From Escherichia phage dhaeg: a stretch of DNA of 64,000 nt. The stretch is from sequence record MN850609.1; one strand, 5' to 3'. Positions 59,949 through 64,000 of this stretch are shown piece after piece. The notes under the pieces were generated by a model that saw nothing but the letters and a program-made list of their open reading frames with translations, did not search any database and was not told the origin of the DNA. A program made the translations under genes and the position numbers. Numbering within the stretch: position 1 is the stretch's first letter; each line of letters begins with the position of its first letter.

Positions 59949-60246
59949 AATTGAGATTTACGGTATCCCTGAGACAGTCATGCGCTGTCCAGGGTGCATT
60001 GCAGTTCTATCGCTCCTAAATTCCCTTTCTATCCCACATACTTTCTATCCTGTGATTAACCAGACGCCGTCAGGCGCAGTATATGACAAGCCTCTTATAG
60101 TATCATTGGCCAAACGCGCCGGCTTCAAGAGCTTAGCTATACGCTATCCTGTCATCTTTGTTGATAATAAGAAAATAGAAAATATTCCTGCTTTTAAAGC
60201 ACTTTTGATTGAACTTGGTTATGACCGAGATTTAATTGAAGATTAG
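59929..60246 (+). CDS. glutaredoxin-like protein (CPGC motif)
   Basis: Proposed GTG start at 59929 with AAGGAG 9 nt upstream; N-terminus KIEIYGIPETVMRCPGC resembles a Grx/NrdH beta1-CxxC start. Confidence 0.5.
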   Translation: MDQKLTKIEIYGIPETVMRCPGCIAVLSLLNSLSIPHTFYPVINQTPSGAVYDKPLIVSLAKRAGFKSLAIRYPVIFVDNKKIENIPAFKALLIELGYDRDLIED

Positions 60247-60247
60247 T

Positions 60248-60276
60248 GTTTACTTCCTCTCCTCACGTGTTATAGT
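60248..60276 (+). promoter_or_regulatory. early promoter with long RBS-sequestering stem
   Basis: GTTTACT-16-TATAGT; CCTCTCCTCACGTGT pairs with downstream ACACATGAGGAGA containing the RBS. Confidence 0.55.
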
Positions 60277-60305
60277 CTATCCTATCAACACATGAGGAGA
60301 ACATT

Positions 60306-60482
60306 ATGACTATCCAAGATAAAGAAATTAAAGTCCACCAGTATTATTCAATCAACGGCAAAGCTGTTCTAGTAACTGAAATATCTAGCCTGGACGTGTG
60401 GTATACCATAATTGACCTTAATATTAAAATGATTTGTGACCGTGGTGTATTTTGTTCGATAGCTAAGGAAATTAAATTATGA
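60306..60482 (+). CDS. hypothetical small protein (58 aa)
   Basis: ORF below track cutoff, directly downstream of promoter and GAGGAGAA RBS. Confidence 0.4.
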   Translation: MTIQDKEIKVHQYYSINGKAVLVTEISSLDVWYTIIDLNIKMICDRGVFCSIAKEIKL

Positions 60483-60733
60483 GCCTGAAATTACATTCAA
60501 TGAAAAATGTCATCACCCTTAATCTGGATGATGAGCGCCTAATTTTTCTCACCGTCACTGATAAGAATATTGAAATTGCAAATGGTCCTAAGACTTATTG
60601 CTGCCCAGTGAAGAATTGGAAGCATGTAACCTTTTTGACCCTGGCCGACCGTCTGAAAGACCTTAAGTTGGATTTGGATATCAAAGATATCCAGTACATT
60701 AAAAATCTTATTGGATACAAACTGTTGAGGTAA
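60479..60733 (+). CDS. hypothetical protein
   Basis: 84 aa; ATGA overlap. Confidence 0.45.
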   Translation: MSLKLHSMKNVITLNLDDERLIFLTVTDKNIEIANGPKTYCCPVKNWKHVTFLTLADRLKDLKLDLDIKDIQYIKNLIGYKLLR

Positions 60734-60735
60734 CT

Positions 60736-61029
60736 ATGGGTAAAACTATCCGTCGTAAAGAATTGCCTGTAAAAGATTTTTATTATTCCGGACGCCGTAA
60801 AGCACCATACGGCGTAAGTCAGGAAAGAGTTGAAGAAAATATCTTCCGTTCTGACAAGTGGAAACGTATGCGTGGCGTTGATTCTGAAGTTAAGAATGAA
60901 ATGAACCGCCAACTTCGTAAAGAAGTAAGAAAACTGAAAAAAGATGTTTACAGCGACGATGAACCTGATTACAATACTTCTCATCGAGTTGCAAAACGTA
61001 AATCAAACGAATGCTATCGTTACAGCTGA
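60736..61029 (+). CDS. hypothetical basic protein
   Basis: 97 aa, Lys/Arg-rich. Confidence 0.45.
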   Translation: MGKTIRRKELPVKDFYYSGRRKAPYGVSQERVEENIFRSDKWKRMRGVDSEVKNEMNRQLRKEVRKLKKDVYSDDEPDYNTSHRVAKRKSNECYRYS

Positions 61030-61036
61030 GGAAAAT

Positions 61037-61168
61037 ATGAATATCAAACGTATGCTTTTTAAACAAGGATTATACACTTTAAATGTTGCTCCAAAAGGCG
61101 ATACGACTAAGTGGTCAGTAAATGACTGGATTGAATTTATTGATGAAAACGGTAACTGGAAAATTTAA
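61037..61168 (+). CDS. hypothetical small protein (43 aa)
   Basis: ATG 61037 after GAGGAAAATATG-type RBS; ORF-track 60944 start overlaps upstream gene. Confidence 0.35.
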   Translation: MNIKRMLFKQGLYTLNVAPKGDTTKWSVNDWIEFIDENGNWKI

Positions 61169-61369
61169 ATGAATCCTGAATCTAAATTATCACAACGAAT
61201 TGCTGAAGCCCGTCGTCAGTTCTTTGAAAATATGATAGCCCAAGGTATTGATGACGAAGTTTTTCTAAACTGGTTTTGGAATAACAAATATTCAAAATGC
61301 TCAGGAGCAATATTGATATCAGCCGCGATGATGTATGAAGGCTGGAAAGGCGCCAAAGCACAAAAATAG
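61169..61369 (+). CDS. hypothetical protein
   Basis: 66 aa ORF. Confidence 0.45.
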   Translation: MNPESKLSQRIAEARRQFFENMIAQGIDDEVFLNWFWNNKYSKCSGAILISAAMMYEGWKGAKAQK

Positions 61370-61398
61370 TTTACAAACTCTTGGGACCAGAGTATAAT
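61369..61398 (+). promoter_or_regulatory. early promoter (TTTACA-17-TATAAT) with promoter-spanning stem
   Basis: Stem GGGACC...GGTCCC flanks the -10. Confidence 0.55.
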
Positions 61399-61437
61399 GG
61401 TCCCACGGATTATAAATTTTAAACTGAGGAAATTATT

Positions 61438-61767
61438 ATGTCACAAGCTATTAAAAACGTACTGAACTCTTTCGCTTTCGATAAAGTTAACGAACTGATG
61501 AAAACCGGCTTTGTAACTCCTCAGGTTCTTGACCAATGGGTTGCTGAACTGTTACCAATCATGCACTCTAAAGACCAAAAAATTGGTAAGAACGGTATTC
61601 GTGAAATCCTGGTTCAATATATTCTCGACGAGTTTGATGTGGCCGCCTTTGGTGTCGAATCTAAAGCTTGGCAGCCGGGTGAAATCACAGACAAAACCAT
61701 CCGTCGTATGAAGAATCAACGTAAGAAAAAATTCGTTGACCTGAAAATTGTTAAGGCTGCTAAATGA
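61438..61767 (+). CDS. hypothetical protein
   Basis: 109 aa ORF, GAGGAAATTATT RBS. Confidence 0.5.
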   Translation: MSQAIKNVLNSFAFDKVNELMKTGFVTPQVLDQWVAELLPIMHSKDQKIGKNGIREILVQYILDEFDVAAFGVESKAWQPGEITDKTIRRMKNQRKKKFVDLKIVKAAK

Positions 61768-62012
61768 GTAATTTGCCTGAAGATGTATCGGTTATAATAG
61801 TCCTTAAAGCTTTAGCCGGTTTCCAACGTACCCCTATGATGAATAATAGCGAAACTATTATAAAAGCGGCTAATATGTTAAGTGGAAGTCATCGCGATTT
61901 CAGGATATTTCCTATAAGCTCTAAGACCACTTATATGAAAATGCCCGATCCTAAAATAGCTTGGGACGAAGGCATGACATTAAATGAATTTGAGGATTAT
62001 TTAAATGATTAA
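61764..62012 (+). CDS. hypothetical protein
   Basis: 82 aa; ATGA overlap. Confidence 0.45.
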   Translation: MSNLPEDVSVIIVLKALAGFQRTPMMNNSETIIKAANMLSGSHRDFRIFPISSKTTYMKMPDPKIAWDEGMTLNEFEDYLND

Positions 62013-62271
62013 AATAAAACTCTCTAATTACGATAAAAACTTGGAAATGATTGCTATGAAAGAAGAACTCCTGAATGATGTCCGCTTTACTGGTTATGCA
62101 GTTCAATTTAATAGTGATGGGGTTCTCCAGATTGAGGGTGACCACTTTATTATTGAATATGAATTTAAACAGTACTGGCTATACGCTAAAGATGAGGTCG
62201 GCGGTATTGATTACGTTGATGAGTTTGATAATCTTGATGATGCACTAGAAGGAGCCCGATTCCTACAATGA
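62005..62271 (+). CDS. hypothetical protein
   Basis: 88 aa; overlapping start. Confidence 0.45.
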   Translation: MIKIKLSNYDKNLEMIAMKEELLNDVRFTGYAVQFNSDGVLQIEGDHFIIEYEFKQYWLYAKDEVGGIDYVDEFDNLDDALEGARFLQ

Positions 62272-62531
62272 CGCCTGTATCCATAACATTAGCTTATGAA
62301 GGCTTAGGATTTTTCTTAATAGATAACTATATGAATGTTGAGTTTATTTGCGGAGAGACTTCTGAAGTGTGGAAGTCTCATATTTCCAAATACAACCAAT
62401 CCGAATATTTAGTCCTTTACCAACAATTCTGCCTTTATATTCAAAGCCAAGGATTTGAAGGAGCCCCTTCCTTCGAAGAGTTCAAAAAAATTCTTGAAAC
62501 AGTATTTCAGGCTTATTGCTTACTCCGTTGA
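62268..62531 (+). CDS. hypothetical protein
   Basis: 87 aa; ATGA overlap. Confidence 0.45.
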   Translation: MTPVSITLAYEGLGFFLIDNYMNVEFICGETSEVWKSHISKYNQSEYLVLYQQFCLYIQSQGFEGAPSFEEFKKILETVFQAYCLLR

Positions 62532-62559
62532 TGCTTTAAACGGGTCTTCAAATACTATG
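62530..62559 (+). promoter_or_regulatory. possible MotA-dependent middle promoter for gene 55
   Basis: MotA-box-like TGCTTTA about 14 bp upstream of TACTAT. Confidence 0.45.
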
Positions 62560-62597
62560 ATATAATAGACCTATGATTTGAGTTATCTGAGGTAACA

Positions 62598-63155
62598 ATG
62601 ACCGAAATTAAACTGACTAAAAATAACTATGTAAATAATAAGGAGCTTCTGAAAGCCATTACCCAGTGGAAAACAGAGCTCCGAGAAAATACCGATCCTA
62701 ATAAAATAGTTCGTCAGAACGATGTTATCGGCTTGGCTATTATGCTCATTGCTGAAGGCCTTTCTAAGCGTTTCAACTTCTCCGGGTATACCCAATCTTG
62801 GAAGCAAGAAATGATTGCTGATGGAATCGAAGCTTCTATTAAAGGCCTTCACAACTTCGACGAAACAAAATACGACAACCCACATGCATATATCACTATG
62901 GCTTGTTTTAATGCCTTTGTTCAGCGTATCAAGAAAGAACGTAAAGAAATGGCAAAGAAATACAGCTACTTCGTCCATAACGTTTATGACGCTAATGACG
63001 ACGACATGGTAGGTATCGCAGATGAAACTTTTATCCAGGATATTTACGACAAAATGACTCAGTATGAAACCTCTTTAGTTAAAGCGCCAGGGTCTGATAA
63101 GAGCGCCGAATCTAAAGTTGGTGAGCTGGATTTTTTATATGGAACTCAAGATTAA
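62598..63155 (+). CDS. 55: late-transcription sigma factor gp55
   Basis: 185 aa; ...[111 protein letters not shown] matches recalled T4 gp55. Confidence 0.95.
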   Translation: MTEIKLTKNNYVNNKELLKAITQWKTELRENTDPNKIVRQNDVIGLAIMLIAEGLSKRFNFSGYTQSWKQEMIADGIEASIKGLHNFDETKYDNPHAYITMACFNAFVQRIKKERKEMAKKYSYFVHNVYDANDDDMVGIADETFIQDIYDKMTQYETSLVKAPGSDKSAESKVGELDFLYGTQD

Positions 63156-63366
63156 CCTGGTAGGCCTTTTAGAAGAAGTAGATGGAGAGTATTCGGCAAT
63201 TCCTTATGTTCTTAAAATGTATCTTAAGGATATTGCCAAGCTTCCTATTGTAATAGACCCAAAACACCCTGATTCGGTAGAAATTAAAGCTGAAAAAGGA
63301 ACATTAACTTATAACTATCACGTTACCGACGAAGATTTTTATATAAAACTGAATTACAAGGATTAA
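63139..63366 (+). CDS. hypothetical protein
   Basis: 75 aa from ATG 63139 (ORF-track start 63118 is TTG inside gene 55). Confidence 0.4.
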   Translation: MELKINLVGLLEEVDGEYSAIPYVLKMYLKDIAKLPIVIDPKHPDSVEIKAEKGTLTYNYHVTDEDFYIKLNYKD

Positions 63367-63367
63367 T

Positions 63368-63679
63368 ATGCAAAGCACCGACATTTCTCAATTGACCGAA
63401 GAGCAAATTGAAGAAGCCCAGAAGCGTTTAGAAGAGAATAATGCTAAAGAAGCCGCTTCTCAAGCTGCCAAAATTCTTAAAAAGAATGCCCGTGAAATTA
63501 AGCGTCTTAATACACATGCTCAGGGCGCTGTTCTCGAAAACAATTTCGAAGCTTACAAATATGCTATAATTAAATTACGTGGTATTTACCGTCAACCAAC
63601 TACTGACGAAATCGTTAGAGTTATGTGGGAAACTACGCGTAAACAGATTTGGGAAATTATCAATGGCGCTAGTAAATAA
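63368..63679 (+). CDS. hypothetical protein
   Basis: 103 aa ORF. Confidence 0.45.
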   Translation: MQSTDISQLTEEQIEEAQKRLEENNAKEAASQAAKILKKNAREIKRLNTHAQGAVLENNFEAYKYAIIKLRGIYRQPTTDEIVRVMWETTRKQIWEIINGASK

Positions 63680-63866
63680 ACCCTTTAAACGGCTTCTTAT
63701 TGGAGCCGCCTTCAGACTTCGCTCATACGGTAATATTTGTATTAAGCAGACTGAAACCGAATATAAAATGGTTGGGCAATATTCCGATGAAATTTTTCGG
63801 ATTGAGCCTGTAGCCAAGGTTTGGGTGGATTCTCATCAACTTAAGAAATGGTGGAAACGATGGTAG
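63663..63866 (+). CDS. hypothetical basic protein
   Basis: 67 aa from ATG 63663, overlapping upstream gene end. Confidence 0.4.
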   Translation: MALVNKPFKRLLIGAAFRLRSYGNICIKQTETEYKMVGQYSDEIFRIEPVAKVWVDSHQLKKWWKRW

Positions 63867-64000
63867 GATTTTATGAAAGCGGATGTAACGAAGACGAACA
63901 TCCGGATTTTTAAGCTTATGAATGACGAATACGAAAAAGTTTAAGAGGTCGTATGAATGACGAATTCGATGGATTTTGATAAGATTAAATCTGACAAAAA

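Noticed and set aside
60595-60984. 129-aa minus-strand ORF in the plus-strand early region; similar ones at 33146-33532, 36004-36372, 37695-38054
   Set aside because: Antisense to tightly packed plus-strand genes with RBSs and overlapping junctions; Phe/Ile-rich composition typical of AT-rich antisense frames.
30614-61398. Recurring 30 to 60-bp conserved units (gtttaca ... tgatactatagacctatcaa ...) that could be mistaken for a CRISPR-like repeat array
   Set aside because: The units are kilobases apart, unevenly spaced, each precedes an ORF and matches sigma70 -35/-10 geometry; they are promoter cassettes, not CRISPR repeats. No cas genes are present.

Overview
This window reads as a segment of a T4-like (T-even type) myovirus genome. 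No searches were run: every identification rests on reading the six-frame translations, recalled similarity to phage T4 proteins, motif inspection and gene order. Positions 1-26966 are the late structural module on the minus strand in canonical T4 order (22 partial, 21, 68, 67, 20, 19, 18, 17, 16, 15, 14, 13, wac, 12, 11, 10, 9, 8, 7, 6, 5.4, a 5.1-like ORF, 5, 53), with TATAAATA late promoters. From 27013 onward, plus-strand genes 4, 2, 3, 1, 57A and 57B (Acb1-type 2H phosphoesterase) lead into a densely packed early/middle region of small, often overlapping ORFs separated by repeated sigma70-type early promoter cassettes. Recognisable genes there are three tRNAs plus a structured RNA region, nudE, e (endolysin), denV, regB, tk, rI, nrdC, 49 (endonuclease VII) and 55 (late sigma factor). 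The most unusual content is a tandem array of five paralogous small ORFs sharing a C-terminal W-x-S-S-S-x-x-C tail (35848-37093), flanked by a second family of mostly membrane proteins sharing an F-I-x-E-C tail. Other candidates are a macro-domain protein, two nucleotidyltransferase-fold proteins with an adjacent P-loop ATPase, capsid-targeting-sequence-bearing internal-protein-like genes, and a repeat-flanked insertion between denV and regB. Many small ORFs remain hypothetical and several start codons are ambiguous.
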